Part shown: positions 7,430 to 17,020 of the stretch, in pieces
How positions within the stretch are numbered: the stretch's first letter is position 1
Layout of the letters: each line of letters begins with the position of its first letter
Assembly: GCA_017549765.1 (NCBI GenBank)
Contig: JAFYNM010000012.1
Coordinates: 1,055-65,054, forward strand
Source of the DNA: Bacteroidales bacterium
GTDB taxonomy: Bacteria; Bacteroidota; Bacteroidia; Bacteroidales; WCHB1-69
Length of the DNA stretch: 64,000 bases
Reading direction: 5' to 3'
Notes under the pieces: generated by a model
Databases searched by the model: none
Told to the model about the DNA's origin: nothing
Seen by the model: the letters and a program-made list of their open reading frames with translations, nothing else
Program-made: the position numbers and the translations under genes

Positions 7430-8020
7430 ATGGGCACCCTCAATTTCATAGAAATATTCAGCTCCTTTTTCGTGATGGCCGCCATCATCGACATCTTTGG
7501 TTCCATCCCGATTTTCCTCAGTCTGAGAGAAAACAACCAACCCATCCGGGCGGCAGAGGCCTGTTTGACGGCATTGGCACTTTTCTTAGCGTTCTTCTTC
7601 GCCGGCGACGCGCTGTTAAGGGTGTTCGGCATTAACACCGCCTCTTTCGCAGTGGCGGGCTCGTTTGTGTTGTTCATCCTCGCGGTGGAGATGATTTTGG
7701 GACGCGAAATCATCAAAAACGAGAACGTGAGCAGCGGCGCAAGCATCGTGCCGGTGGCATTCCCACTCATCGCGGGACCGGGCGCTCTTACGGGTCTGCT
7801 CTCCCTCCGCGCCGACTACGCCATCGTAAACATCCTCATTGGCCTTCTCCTGAACATCGCCCTGGACTATGTGGTAATCCGCTATCTCGACAAAATCCAA
7901 AAGTTGCTCGGACCTACCTTGATTTTCATCCTCCGCAAATTCTTCGGCGTGATCCTGTTAGCCATCGCCGTCAATATGTTCGTGAACAACATTTCGGTGA
8001 TTATCGCGCAGGTGAAGTGA
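7430..8020 (+). CDS. MarC family (UPF0056) integral membrane protein
   Basis: 196 aa. Typical MarC features: FF.m..iiD..G.iPiFl.l, VAFPLIAGPGALT. Starts 6 nt after the preceding stop. Confidence 0.8.
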   Translation: MGTLNFIEIFSSFFVMAAIIDIFGSIPIFLSLRENNQPIRAAEACLTALALFLAFFFAGDALLRVFGINTASFAVAGSFVLFILAVEMILGREIIKNENVSSGASIVPVAFPLIAGPGALTGLLSLRADYAIVNILIGLLLNIALDYVVIRYLDKIQKLLGPTLIFILRKFFGVILLAIAVNMFVNNISVIIAQVK

Positions 8021-8022
8021 TG

Positions 8023-8062
8023 AAAAAAATCCGCAACCCAAGCCTGCGCCCGAGTTGCGGAT
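8023..8062 (-). terminator. Intrinsic terminator for the epimerase gene (possibly bidirectional)
   Basis: 9-bp stem atccgcaac (8029-8037) / gttgcggat (8054-8062), followed on the minus strand by T7. The loop is related to the hairpin at 5421-5446. Confidence 0.6.
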
Positions 8063-8081
8063 ATGCGTTTGCATTCTGAAT

Positions 8082-9071
8082 TCACCGTTCTCTATCCCAT
8101 CCAAAGAAGTCCTTGATGGCATCAACGATGGGCGTTTGAGGCATGGCGAGCTGGCGACGAGCCTTGCCATTGTCGTAATACTCGCACACCAGCAGCTGTC
8201 GCACATTACGCGTACACAGCTGAGTACGTATCTTCATCCACCGCAACAAGTCCCCCACCTTGCCGGCCGCCAGGACCAGCACATCGGGCAGTTCCAGCAC
8301 CCTCTGCTTGTAGCCGCACACCTCCGCCTGCAACTCATAGAACTCCTTGAGCGACATTGACTCTCCCGTCAGCAGGTAGTGTTCGCCGTTGACGCCCATC
8401 GTCACCGCATTGGCCACCGCTTCGGCGGCATCCCTCACATGCACAAAACTCTTGCCTCCCTTTGGCACCGCCATCCAGCGACGCTTATAGCCTGCCAGCA
8501 GCAATTTGCCGCTCGAAGGCTTTGTATCGTAGGCTCCCACCATAAAACTCGGATTGACGACCACGATACGGCATCCGCTGCCGTCGTGCGCCACCCGATC
8601 GAGCATTTGTTCGGCATCACGTTTGCTGCGGGCATAGTATGAAGCTGTGAAAGGTTCTTGGAAGGGAGCCTCCTCGGTGGCAGGTCTGTCGGCACTGCCG
8701 TAACCTATGGTGTTGGCCGTGCTGACATGTACCAACGTGGGGATGTTATGGTCGCGCATAAGCATGACAAGGTGTTCCACCAAGTCTTTGTTCACCGGCA
8801 TAAAGTCATCGAGGTTCGGCAGTGACATGTCGGTGGTGCCGGCACAATTAATGATGGCAGAGATATGAGAATGATGAATTGCGAATTCCGGCAGTGGGAA
8901 TTGTATGCCCTCCATGGGGATGATGTGCAGGTTGGGACTGCCCGCCAGCGAAGCGGGCAGATGCAGGCGCGAGGCGTCGCGAAGCGGCGCAATCACCTGT
9001 TCGCCGCGCTGGAGCAATGTTATCAATACGTTATGGCCCAGCAGACCCGAAGCACCAGTAAGTAGTATCAT
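8082..9071 (-). CDS. NAD-dependent epimerase/dehydratase (SDR family)
   Basis: N-terminal Rossmann motif MILLTGASGLLG; extended-SDR layout with a YxxxK region (YYARSKRDAE). Confidence 0.8.
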   Translation of the reverse strand: MILLTGASGLLGHNVLITLLQRGEQVIAPLRDASRLHLPASLAGSPNLHIIPMEGIQFPLPEFAIHHSHISAIINCAGTTDMSLPNLDDFMPVNKDLVEHLVMLMRDHNIPTLVHVSTANTIGYGSADRPATEEAPFQEPFTASYYARSKRDAEQMLDRVAHDGSGCRIVVVNPSFMVGAYDTKPSSGKLLLAGYKRRWMAVPKGGKSFVHVRDAAEAVANAVTMGVNGEHYLLTGESMSLKEFYELQAEVCGYKQRVLELPDVLVLAAGKVGDLLRWMKIRTQLCTRNVRQLLVCEYYDNGKARRQLAMPQTPIVDAIKDFFGWDRER

Positions 9072-9219
9072 AATAAATCCTCGTTAACAATAGGTCATTC
9101 TCGTCTGATTTTGCTGTCCTATGGCGCTCCCGAAACAAAGCATGGCGAAAATCGGGGTAAAGAGGGCTTTTTTCATAGGAATTGAAATCACAGATGGGAT
9201 TATTGTTTACACTTGTTCT

Positions 9220-10362
9220 CTATTCACTGTAATTATGGTCGATCACAACGCTCAACTCCATGTCGGGCAAGAGCGGTTTCAGTTCGGCAACAAGCTCGTG
9301 ACAGAAGGCTTTTTCGTCGTGGACCGAGAGGTCAGGGACCACATCCACCGACACTCGGTTCTCTTTCTCGAAATAGTAGAATCCATGCACCTGGGTGATG
9401 TCTTTGTGGCGGCTGAGTGCCTGCATGATAGTTGTCTGTAGCTCTGTGCGCTTGTTTGCGCCCGTGGCAATCGCATACACCCCGACCGTCATGATGATGT
9501 TGTGCTGCGTGTACATCTGTTCCGAGATTTTGCGTGTCAGTCCGTGAATCTGGTAGGCATCCATCGTGTCATCGACACTGATGTGCAACGAGCCGATCAT
9601 CACCTCAGGACCGTAGTTATGCAGGATGATGTCGTAAACGCCATGAACTTCTTCAAAGGCCATCACTTCCTGTTTGATATTGTGTACCAGTTCCTCCGAA
9701 ACCCGCGCACCGAGCAGTTCGTTGACGGGAGACGCCAACATCTCGATACCGGCCTTGATGATGACAAGAGAGATGAGTGCGCCGAGGTAGCCGTCAATCG
9801 AGACGTTCCACAGCAGCATGATGCCAGCGGAGACGAGCGTCGCCAGCGTGATGATGGCATCGAAGAGAGCGTCGGAGCCCGAGGCGATCAGTGCGTCGCT
9901 TTTCAGCCGCTCGCCCTGCCTCTTGACGTAACGGCCCAGCAGCAGCTTCACCGCAATGGCCACGATGATGACCACGAGGGTCACGGTGGTGTATTCCGGC
10001 GTGGTGGGCGTGAAGATCTTCTTCACCGACTCAATCAGCGAGGTGATACCTGCCGAAAGGACGATGACGGCGATAATGATGGCACTGAAATACTCGATAC
10101 GGCCATGTCCGTAGGGGTGTTTGCGGTCGGCGGGACGCGCGGACAGCTTGGTGCCGACAATGGTGATGACACTCGACAGTGCATCGCTGAGGTTGTTCAC
10201 GGCGTCCATCACGATAGCCACGGAGCTAGCCAACAGGCCCACTGTGGCTTTGAAGGCCGCCAACAGCACATTGGCCACGATGCCGATATCGCTGGTACGG
10301 ATGATTTTCTGAGAGCGATTGGTCGATTGGGAGGCAGTCTCTGCGAGGGTTTTCTCAGTCAT
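9220..10362 (-). CDS. Cation diffusion facilitator (CDF) family transporter
   Basis: Six TM helices plus a cytoplasmic domain. HPYGHGRIEYFSA motif; acidic/His sites in TM2 and TM5. Confidence 0.8.
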   Translation of the reverse strand: MTEKTLAETASQSTNRSQKIIRTSDIGIVANVLLAAFKATVGLLASSVAIVMDAVNNLSDALSSVITIVGTKLSARPADRKHPYGHGRIEYFSAIIIAVIVLSAGITSLIESVKKIFTPTTPEYTTVTLVVIIVAIAVKLLLGRYVKRQGERLKSDALIASGSDALFDAIITLATLVSAGIMLLWNVSIDGYLGALISLVIIKAGIEMLASPVNELLGARVSEELVHNIKQEVMAFEEVHGVYDIILHNYGPEVMIGSLHISVDDTMDAYQIHGLTRKISEQMYTQHNIIMTVGVYAIATGANKRTELQTTIMQALSRHKDITQVHGFYYFEKENRVSVDVVPDLSVHDEKAFCHELVAELKPLLPDMELSVVIDHNYSE

Positions 10363-10386
10363 AGAATTTGTTCATTTTTTCGGTGG

Positions 10387-10394
10387 CAAATGTA
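10387..10394 (-). promoter_or_regulatory. -7 promoter box (TACATTTG) for the CDF gene
   Basis: TAnnTTTG on the minus strand, 25 nt upstream of the ATG at 10362. Forms a back-to-back pair with 10406-10413. Confidence 0.55.
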
Positions 10395-10405
10395 CAAAAA
10401 ATGTG

Positions 10406-10413
10406 TACTTTTG
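10406..10413 (+). promoter_or_regulatory. -7 promoter box (TACTTTTG) for the CoA-transferase A-subunit gene
   Basis: TAnnTTTG on the + strand, upstream of the ATG at 10482. Confidence 0.55.
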
Positions 10414-10481
10414 CCCCTATCAAAAAAATGACAATCTGATACGACACAAAAAAGAATATTCACATCCATAATTATTTTGTT

Positions 10482-11126
10482 ATGAGTAAAATTATCACAG
10501 TTGAAGAAGCAGTTTCCCACATTCACGATGGCATGACCATTATGTTCGGTGGTTTCCTGGGCAACGGCTCTGCCGTCAAGATCATTGAAGGCATTGCCAA
10601 AAAGGGCGTCAAGGACCTCATCCTGATCGGCAATGACACCGCTTATCCCAATCAGGCCATCGGCATGCTGATCGCCAACAAGCAGGTCAAAAAGCTCATC
10701 GCCTCCCACATCGGCACCAATGCGGACACCATCCAGCAGTTCAACGACAAGGAGTTGGAGATCGAGTTTGTTCCCCAAGGCACCTTGGCTGAGCGCATCC
10801 GCTGCGGCGGCGCCGGATTAGGCGGCGTGCTCACCCAGACCGGCTTAGGCACCATCGTCGCTGACGGCAAACGCATCGTCGAGATCGACGGCAAAGAGTA
10901 TCTCTTGGAGATGCCCCTGCACGCTGACGTAGCCCTGATCGGTGCCAGCATCTGCGACGAGATGGGCAACTGCATCTACAAGGGCACGTCCCAGAACTTC
11001 AACCCGACTATGGCTACCGCTGCCGACCTGGTCATCGTGGAGACCAAAGAGCTCGTCCCGACTGGCTCTATCCCCATGGAGCAGATCCACACGCCGGGAG
11101 TCTATGTTGACTATATCGTAAAATAA
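10482..11126 (+). CDS. 3-oxoacid/acetate CoA-transferase subunit A (AtoD/ScoA-like)
   Basis: 214 aa. DGMTIMFGGF, FVPQGTLAERIRCGGAGLGG and the C-terminal HTPGVYVDYIV match family I CoA-transferase alpha subunits. No beta subunit follows. Confidence 0.8.
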   Translation: MSKIITVEEAVSHIHDGMTIMFGGFLGNGSAVKIIEGIAKKGVKDLILIGNDTAYPNQAIGMLIANKQVKKLIASHIGTNADTIQQFNDKELEIEFVPQGTLAERIRCGGAGLGGVLTQTGLGTIVADGKRIVEIDGKEYLLEMPLHADVALIGASICDEMGNCIYKGTSQNFNPTMATAADLVIVETKELVPTGSIPMEQIHTPGVYVDYIVK

Positions 11127-12565
11127 TGTACCCACATGACGGTCAGGCTGCCTGGCACAACCTGACCCTCTTTTTCACCCGCGCTCTGCTGCTTTTGTGC
11201 TTCTGCTGGGGTCTCTCCCCTGCCCTTCAAGCACAAAAGGGGAAGTCGTTGACGCTGGAGTTTTCCTCTAACCAGAACATCTTTGACTTACAGCACCTCT
11301 CCTGTGACACCAACGGGTTGTGTGTCTATTATTATTCCATCACCGACCTGACACATACCTTTCATCTGTTGCACTACGACCTCAATTTCCAGCTGCTGCA
11401 TCATGACACCTACGACATTGCCGAGAATTTCGTGGTGGAAGGCGCCAGCTATAGCCAGGACGAAGCGGTGATCCTACTACAAAAACGAGTGAAGAACAAA
11501 CGGTCCGGCGAGGGTTACCTTTTTCGTTACAACTTCCGGAAGCAGCAGTCCGACTCCCTTCACATCCATGGGCTGCCGACCAACGGCATTCTTCGTATGA
11601 AATGCGCGCCAGGGCTCATCCTTTTCAGCTCCACCACTAGCAACACCAAACACAACAACCTCTACTTTCTGACCGGAAACTCCACAACAGCCCAAGGGCT
11701 GAGCATTCCCGACGCACGAGGCTATGACATCGAGGATTTCAACATCGACACCGCCACCCGAAGAGTGGTGGTGGGCCTTAAGTCAACTGTCAACAACAAA
11801 TCGCTGGTGTGGCTCTGCGAGACGGACTACGAGCGGAACCCCCTCTTCATCCCCGAACTGCCAGACTCCCTGCAATACCGCTGCGAGAGTCTCCGCATGA
11901 CCCTCCTCGAGGATGGGCATTGGATGTTGGCCGGCACCTACGAGAACCGGGCCAACGATATCACAGAAGGAGTTTACACCCTGCCCTACCGCGACCATGA
12001 ATTCGACTCGCTGAAGCATCACCCCTACTCCACCTCCAGCATTCTGGCCTCCAACAACAGCACCTACAGTCATACGGGCGGCACCATCGTTGCTGACGGC
12101 AACCGTATCGCCTTCATCACCGAGACGCTGAACCCCGAATACCGCGACAGACCCGTCTATTACTATGGCGTGATGACCTACGAGTACTCCTTCTACGGAT
12201 ATCGATACGCCAATGCGGACATCTTCCTCTTCGATTCTACAGGCACAGAGGTCTGGTATTACACCTTCCCCTACGACGACATCCTGTCGCAGCAAGTGAA
12301 CTCTTACCTCCAGCTATCGTTTATCCAAGACAACATACTGCTCTACTACGTCCGTGGCACCGACATGGTAACGATGCTCACCAACACCCATGATGACATT
12401 CTGGACTCCAAACGTGAAACCAGCCTCTTCCGCAACACAGGACAATACAACGATTATTCCAACGTACAACTAAAGCGCTGGCACGGCGACTACTATCTGT
12501 TGTCGGGATTCAAGAGCAACAAGAGTTCAGGAACCTATTTTATCCATAAATTATGGTATCGATAG
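11126..12565 (+). CDS. Secreted hypothetical protein
   Basis: 479-aa ORF. Its ATG overlaps the preceding stop (TAATG). Signal peptide ..LLLLCFCWGLSPALQAQ. Tyr/Thr-rich, beta-rich appearance; no family recognised. Confidence 0.6.
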   Translation: MYPHDGQAAWHNLTLFFTRALLLLCFCWGLSPALQAQKGKSLTLEFSSNQNIFDLQHLSCDTNGLCVYYYSITDLTHTFHLLHYDLNFQLLHHDTYDIAENFVVEGASYSQDEAVILLQKRVKNKRSGEGYLFRYNFRKQQSDSLHIHGLPTNGILRMKCAPGLILFSSTTSNTKHNNLYFLTGNSTTAQGLSIPDARGYDIEDFNIDTATRRVVVGLKSTVNNKSLVWLCETDYERNPLFIPELPDSLQYRCESLRMTLLEDGHWMLAGTYENRANDITEGVYTLPYRDHEFDSLKHHPYSTSSILASNNSTYSHTGGTIVADGNRIAFITETLNPEYRDRPVYYYGVMTYEYSFYGYRYANADIFLFDSTGTEVWYYTFPYDDILSQQVNSYLQLSFIQDNILLYYVRGTDMVTMLTNTHDDILDSKRETSLFRNTGQYNDYSNVQLKRWHGDYYLLSGFKSNKSSGTYFIHKLWYR

Positions 12566-12574
12566 ACGCTGTGG

Positions 12575-13702
12575 CTACAAGACCTTCTCGATGGTCTGCC
12601 ATAGTTTGTCGGCGGTCTGATCCCAGCTGAAGAGATCGCGACGCACACGTCCTTTGGCTATCAGGCTCTCCCGATATTCATCGTCATTCCACAGCTTGGA
12701 CATCGCCTCGGTGATTTCTGATACAGAATAGGGATCCACCAGCACGGCGGCGTCACCCGCCACTTCCGGCATGGAGGTCACCTGTGAGGTGATGACGGCG
12801 GTCTCGGCATGGAAAGCCTCTACAATAGGTATCCCAAAGCCTTCGAAGAGCGAGGCATAGACTAATGCACGGGCAGAGGCATAGAGTTTCTGGAGCACTT
12901 CCACCTTCTGACGCCCCAACATGATCACCTCATCACGATGACGCATCACCAGATAGGTATCTTCGATCTCACCCTGCCACCATTTCTTGTCTCCCACCAC
13001 CACCAACTTGGCATTTGTCTCCTGTCGCTCTTTAAAAGCATCAAAAGCACGGAATATGTTGGCCAGGTTTTTGCGTTTATGAATCAACCCGACGAAGAGG
13101 AAATAGTCACAGCCTTGCGTATATTCAGCCTTCACCGCCTGTTGTTCTTGAAGGGTCAGCGGGTGATACACAGGGTTGGAGCCATTATAGACAACATCGA
13201 TATGGGAGAGCGGTACCTCATACTGCTGGTGAATATCCTGACGGGTATATTCTGACACTGTGGCAATGCGGGTGGCAGACTGGGCAAACTGTGGGAAGAA
13301 ACGGTCGTAATACTTCTTGACCGTTCTCTTCTCGATGAAGTCGGGATGATGCACAAAGTTCAGGTCGTGAATCACATCCACAACAGGGATGTCCTGCAGA
13401 CGTGTCGGGATCCAGCCATCGGTAGAGAGGAAGAGATCCGGGCGGATCTTTTTCAGCTGATATGGAATCCCGAATTCGAAAAAGAGATACCAGAGATAGG
13501 GATGGCGAGCCGGGGGACAGGCCACGACAGGCGTCACATTAGGCGCATAGACAAAGGAGTTGTCATACGGACGGTCAAAAAGGAAATAGAACTGATGTTC
13601 CGGATGGAGACGCACTATGCGGGAGAGACACTCATGAGAGAACCAACCAATACCTTCCAGCCGATCTTTCAGCAGAAGTCTAGTATTAACGGCGATCTTC
13701 AT
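12575..13702 (-). CDS. Glycosyltransferase family 4 (GT-B, group 1)
   Basis: C-terminal EGFGIPIVEAFHAETAVITSQVTSMPEVAGDAAVLVDP motif typical of GT4. Confidence 0.8.
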   Translation of the reverse strand: MKIAVNTRLLLKDRLEGIGWFSHECLSRIVRLHPEHQFYFLFDRPYDNSFVYAPNVTPVVACPPARHPYLWYLFFEFGIPYQLKKIRPDLFLSTDGWIPTRLQDIPVVDVIHDLNFVHHPDFIEKRTVKKYYDRFFPQFAQSATRIATVSEYTRQDIHQQYEVPLSHIDVVYNGSNPVYHPLTLQEQQAVKAEYTQGCDYFLFVGLIHKRKNLANIFRAFDAFKERQETNAKLVVVGDKKWWQGEIEDTYLVMRHRDEVIMLGRQKVEVLQKLYASARALVYASLFEGFGIPIVEAFHAETAVITSQVTSMPEVAGDAAVLVDPYSVSEITEAMSKLWNDDEYRESLIAKGRVRRDLFSWDQTADKLWQTIEKVL

Positions 13703-13711
13703 ACTATCCGG

Positions 13712-15502
13712 TTATTTTTGGGACTGGCTGGGGCGCACATCCTTGACATTTAGTTGCAGGGAGGTGATATTGTTCCACACATTCTCCTCCACATGGTAGA
13801 GGATATCGAACTGTTGGTTATTCTGCAACAGCGGCAGTTTGTCTTTGCTGTTGAAGGCGATCAGATCAATAGGCTGGACCACCTTGTCGGGATACTGCAC
13901 ACGGGCTTTGAGGTGTTTGTCGCCCACAATCCGCGCATTGCCTTCATCCACCAGGTTGTTGGACTGGAAGACGGGCTCCATGTTGCCGGGTCCGAAAGGA
14001 GCGAAGCGTTTCAAATTGCTCATGAAATGAGGGGTGATATCGCTCAAGTCGATGGGCATATCCACGATAATCTCAGGCAGTGCGGAGGTCTCCTGAATGT
14101 TGTCGATTACATATTGCTCGAAACGCTCGGTAAACTCCTCCAGGTTCTCCTCTTTCATCGAGAGGCCAGCGGCGAACTTATGTCCTCCGAAATGTTCCAG
14201 CAGGTCGGAGCAGGAGTCGATACCATCGTAGATGTTGAACTCCTTGACGGAGCGCGCGGAGCCGGTGATGAGGCCATCGGAAGACTTGGTCAGCACGATG
14301 GTCGGCTTATAGAAGACCTCCACCAGACGGGAGGCCACAATACCAATGATACCTTTGAACCAGGTAGGGTTATAGATGACGATACTCTTGCGATTGGCGT
14401 ACTCGTGGGAGGTCCGGATGGAGTGGATAGCCTCTTCCGTGGCGTTGCGGTCCTGTTCCTTGCGCTTCTCGTTCTGGGCGTTGATGCTCTTGGCGATATT
14501 GGCGGACTTATTCTCATCCTCATCGATGAAGAGACGTACCGACTCACGGCCGCTCTTCATTCTGCCGGCAGCGTTGATACGCGGACCCACATAGAAGACA
14601 AGGTCGGAGATGGAGATGACACGGGAGAAGATCGTCTCCTCCTTGAACGGGTAGTGGAGCTTGATGCCGGCCTGGTCCAAGATGGACTTGATGCCCATAC
14701 GGGGGAACTTGTTGATGATCTCCAGTCCGAAATAGGCTAGGATGCGGTTCTCGCCTGTAATGGCCACAATGTCGGAGGCGATGCTGATGGCCACCAAGTC
14801 GATTCTGGAGAGCCACAACTGGTCGGGAAGGTTATATTTCTGGCAGTAGCCTTGTATCAGTTTGAAACCCACACCGCAACCGGACAGTTCCTTGTACGGA
14901 TAGGGACAGTCTTTGCGTTTCGGATCGAGGATGGCGACCGCCTTGGGCAGTTCTTCGCCTTCCAGGTGGTGGTCGCAGATGATGACATCGATACCGTACT
15001 CGTTGGCTTTCTCCACCTTGTCGTTGGCTTTGATGCCGCAGTCAAGGGAAATTAGCAGGTTGATGTTGTTGTTGCGACAATATTCGATGCCTTGGTCGGA
15101 GATACCGTAGCCCTCCGCATAGCGGTCAGGGATGTAATACTCCACGAGGTTCTTGCTTTCGGCACCGATGATTTCGCAGATGAAGGAATAGAGCAGCGCC
15201 ACCGCGGATGTGCCATCCACATCGTAGTCGCCATAGACCAGGATGCGCTCATTGTTCATAATGGCTTGGGACAGACGGTTGACCGCCTTGTCCATGTCCT
15301 TCATCAAAAATGGATTGTGGATTTTGGAGATGTCAGGATTGAAGAATTCGTGGGCTTTTTCAGGAGTGTCGATACCCCTTTGAATCAAGATAGCGGCGAG
15401 TGGCTTCTCAAAGGTAATCTGCTCTGCAGCAGAGATTTTTTCCGCCAGGGCAGCCACTTTTGACTCGTCGGGGAGCTCTTTAAATATCCACTTTTTCTCC
15501 AT
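13712..15502 (-). CDS. recJ: Single-stranded-DNA-specific exonuclease RecJ
   Basis: DHH motifs (YGDYDVDGTSA, DCG, CDHH) plus DHHA1 (GGHKFAAG). Confidence 0.9.
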   Translation of the reverse strand: MEKKWIFKELPDESKVAALAEKISAAEQITFEKPLAAILIQRGIDTPEKAHEFFNPDISKIHNPFLMKDMDKAVNRLSQAIMNNERILVYGDYDVDGTSAVALLYSFICEIIGAESKNLVEYYIPDRYAEGYGISDQGIEYCRNNNINLLISLDCGIKANDKVEKANEYGIDVIICDHHLEGEELPKAVAILDPKRKDCPYPYKELSGCGVGFKLIQGYCQKYNLPDQLWLSRIDLVAISIASDIVAITGENRILAYFGLEIINKFPRMGIKSILDQAGIKLHYPFKEETIFSRVISISDLVFYVGPRINAAGRMKSGRESVRLFIDEDENKSANIAKSINAQNEKRKEQDRNATEEAIHSIRTSHEYANRKSIVIYNPTWFKGIIGIVASRLVEVFYKPTIVLTKSSDGLITGSARSVKEFNIYDGIDSCSDLLEHFGGHKFAAGLSMKEENLEEFTERFEQYVIDNIQETSALPEIIVDMPIDLSDITPHFMSNLKRFAPFGPGNMEPVFQSNNLVDEGNARIVGDKHLKARVQYPDKVVQPIDLIAFNSKDKLPLLQNNQQFDILYHVEENVWNNITSLQLNVKDVRPSQSQK

Positions 15503-15571
15503 AATCCTATATTAAAAAAAGACCTGCAAACATATACAAAATAAATTATAAAATCAAGTGGGTCGAAAATT

Positions 15572-17020
15572 TTATAATTTCATCTTTTTGTCGATGTCGT
15601 CGATGCTGGCTCTCATCTTCTTATCCGTGTCATAGAGGTTGGCGATGGTCTTGCAGGCATGCAGCACCGTCGCATGGTCTTTATTGCCGCAATAGGCGCC
15701 GATGGTAGAGAGCGGGAGCTTGGTGTATTTCTTGGCGAAATACATGCAGAGCTGGCGGGCCAGCACGATCTCGCTCTTACGGGTCTTGGCGTTGATGGTC
15801 TCTACAGAGATATTGTAGTAGTCGCCGATGATCTTCTGGATATACTCGATGGATATCTCTTTGGCGTTGGATTTCACATACTTGTCCACCATCTCCTTGG
15901 CGAGTTCCATGGTGATTTCGCGGTGGTTGAGGGAGGCTTGGGCAAGGATGGCGATGATGGCGCCCTCCAGCTCGCGCGTGTTGGAGGTGATGCGCAGAGC
16001 CAGATAGTCCACGATCTCGTCGGGGAACTCCACGCCGTCATTTTCAAGTTTCTTGCGTATGATGGCATGACGGGTCTCCAGGTCCGGAATCTGCAAATCG
16101 ATGGTCAAGCCCCATTTGAAACGGCTGAGCAGACGAGGCTCGAAACCGGAGATGTCCACCGGGGACTTGTCGGAGGTGATGACAATCTGCTTGTTGTCGC
16201 GGTGCAGAGAGTTGAAAATCTGGAAGAAGGTATCCTGGGTCTTGACCTTGCCTCCGCTCATGAACTGGATATCATCCATAATGAGCATGTCCAGCGACTG
16301 ATAGAAATAGATGAAGTCCTGGATGTTGTTGTTCTTCATAGCCTGCACATACTGGGAGCAGAAGGTATCGGCGGTCACATAGACCACGATCTTCTCGGGG
16401 AAGTTGATCTTTGTCTGGATGCCGATGGCGTTGGCGAGGTGTGTCTTGCCGAGACCCACATCGGAATAGACGAAGAGCGGGTTGAAGGAGGTGGTGCCGG
16501 GTTCTTTGGAGATAGCCCAGCCTGCGGCACGCGCCATGCGGTTGCAGTCGCCCTCCACATAGTTGTCGAAGGTCATCGTGTCGATCAGATTGGACGGGAT
16601 CTTGCGGCGTTGGATGCCGGGCAGCACGAAGGGATCGGGGATCTCGTGGTTGGGCTTGTTATAGACATCCACCGGCGGGAGTGTAGAAGGATTGGTGACT
16701 GCCGGACGGTAGAGCGATGGCTCGGTCATGAACTTAGACTTGCCGGGATCGGGGTTCACCTCGACAGGATAACGGTACTTGAGTTTCCCTGTCGGGCCCA
16801 ACTGCTTGTGAATGACCGTTTTCAGCACATCCACATAATGTTGCTCCAAAAACTCATTATGAAAGGCGCTAGGGGTGACCAGCGTCAACACATTATTCTC
16901 CAAAGAATACGGAATCAAGGGAGCAAACCAACTGTCAAAGGCTTGCACACCCACAATCCCCGGAATCATCTTAAGGCATTCCGACCACACTTTTCCTGCT
17001 TCTACACTTGTATTATTCAT
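15572..17020 (-). CDS. dnaA: Chromosomal replication initiator protein DnaA
   Basis: AAA+ Walker A GLGKTHLANAIG, Walker B LIMDDIQF, and a C-terminal DnaA-box-binding helix-turn-helix (..HATVLHACKTI..). Confidence 0.95.
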   Translation of the reverse strand: MNNTSVEAGKVWSECLKMIPGIVGVQAFDSWFAPLIPYSLENNVLTLVTPSAFHNEFLEQHYVDVLKTVIHKQLGPTGKLKYRYPVEVNPDPGKSKFMTEPSLYRPAVTNPSTLPPVDVYNKPNHEIPDPFVLPGIQRRKIPSNLIDTMTFDNYVEGDCNRMARAAGWAISKEPGTTSFNPLFVYSDVGLGKTHLANAIGIQTKINFPEKIVVYVTADTFCSQYVQAMKNNNIQDFIYFYQSLDMLIMDDIQFMSGGKVKTQDTFFQIFNSLHRDNKQIVITSDKSPVDISGFEPRLLSRFKWGLTIDLQIPDLETRHAIIRKKLENDGVEFPDEIVDYLALRITSNTRELEGAIIAILAQASLNHREITMELAKEMVDKYVKSNAKEISIEYIQKIIGDYYNISVETINAKTRKSEIVLARQLCMYFAKKYTKLPLSTIGAYCGNKDHATVLHACKTIANLYDTDKKMRASIDDIDKKMKL

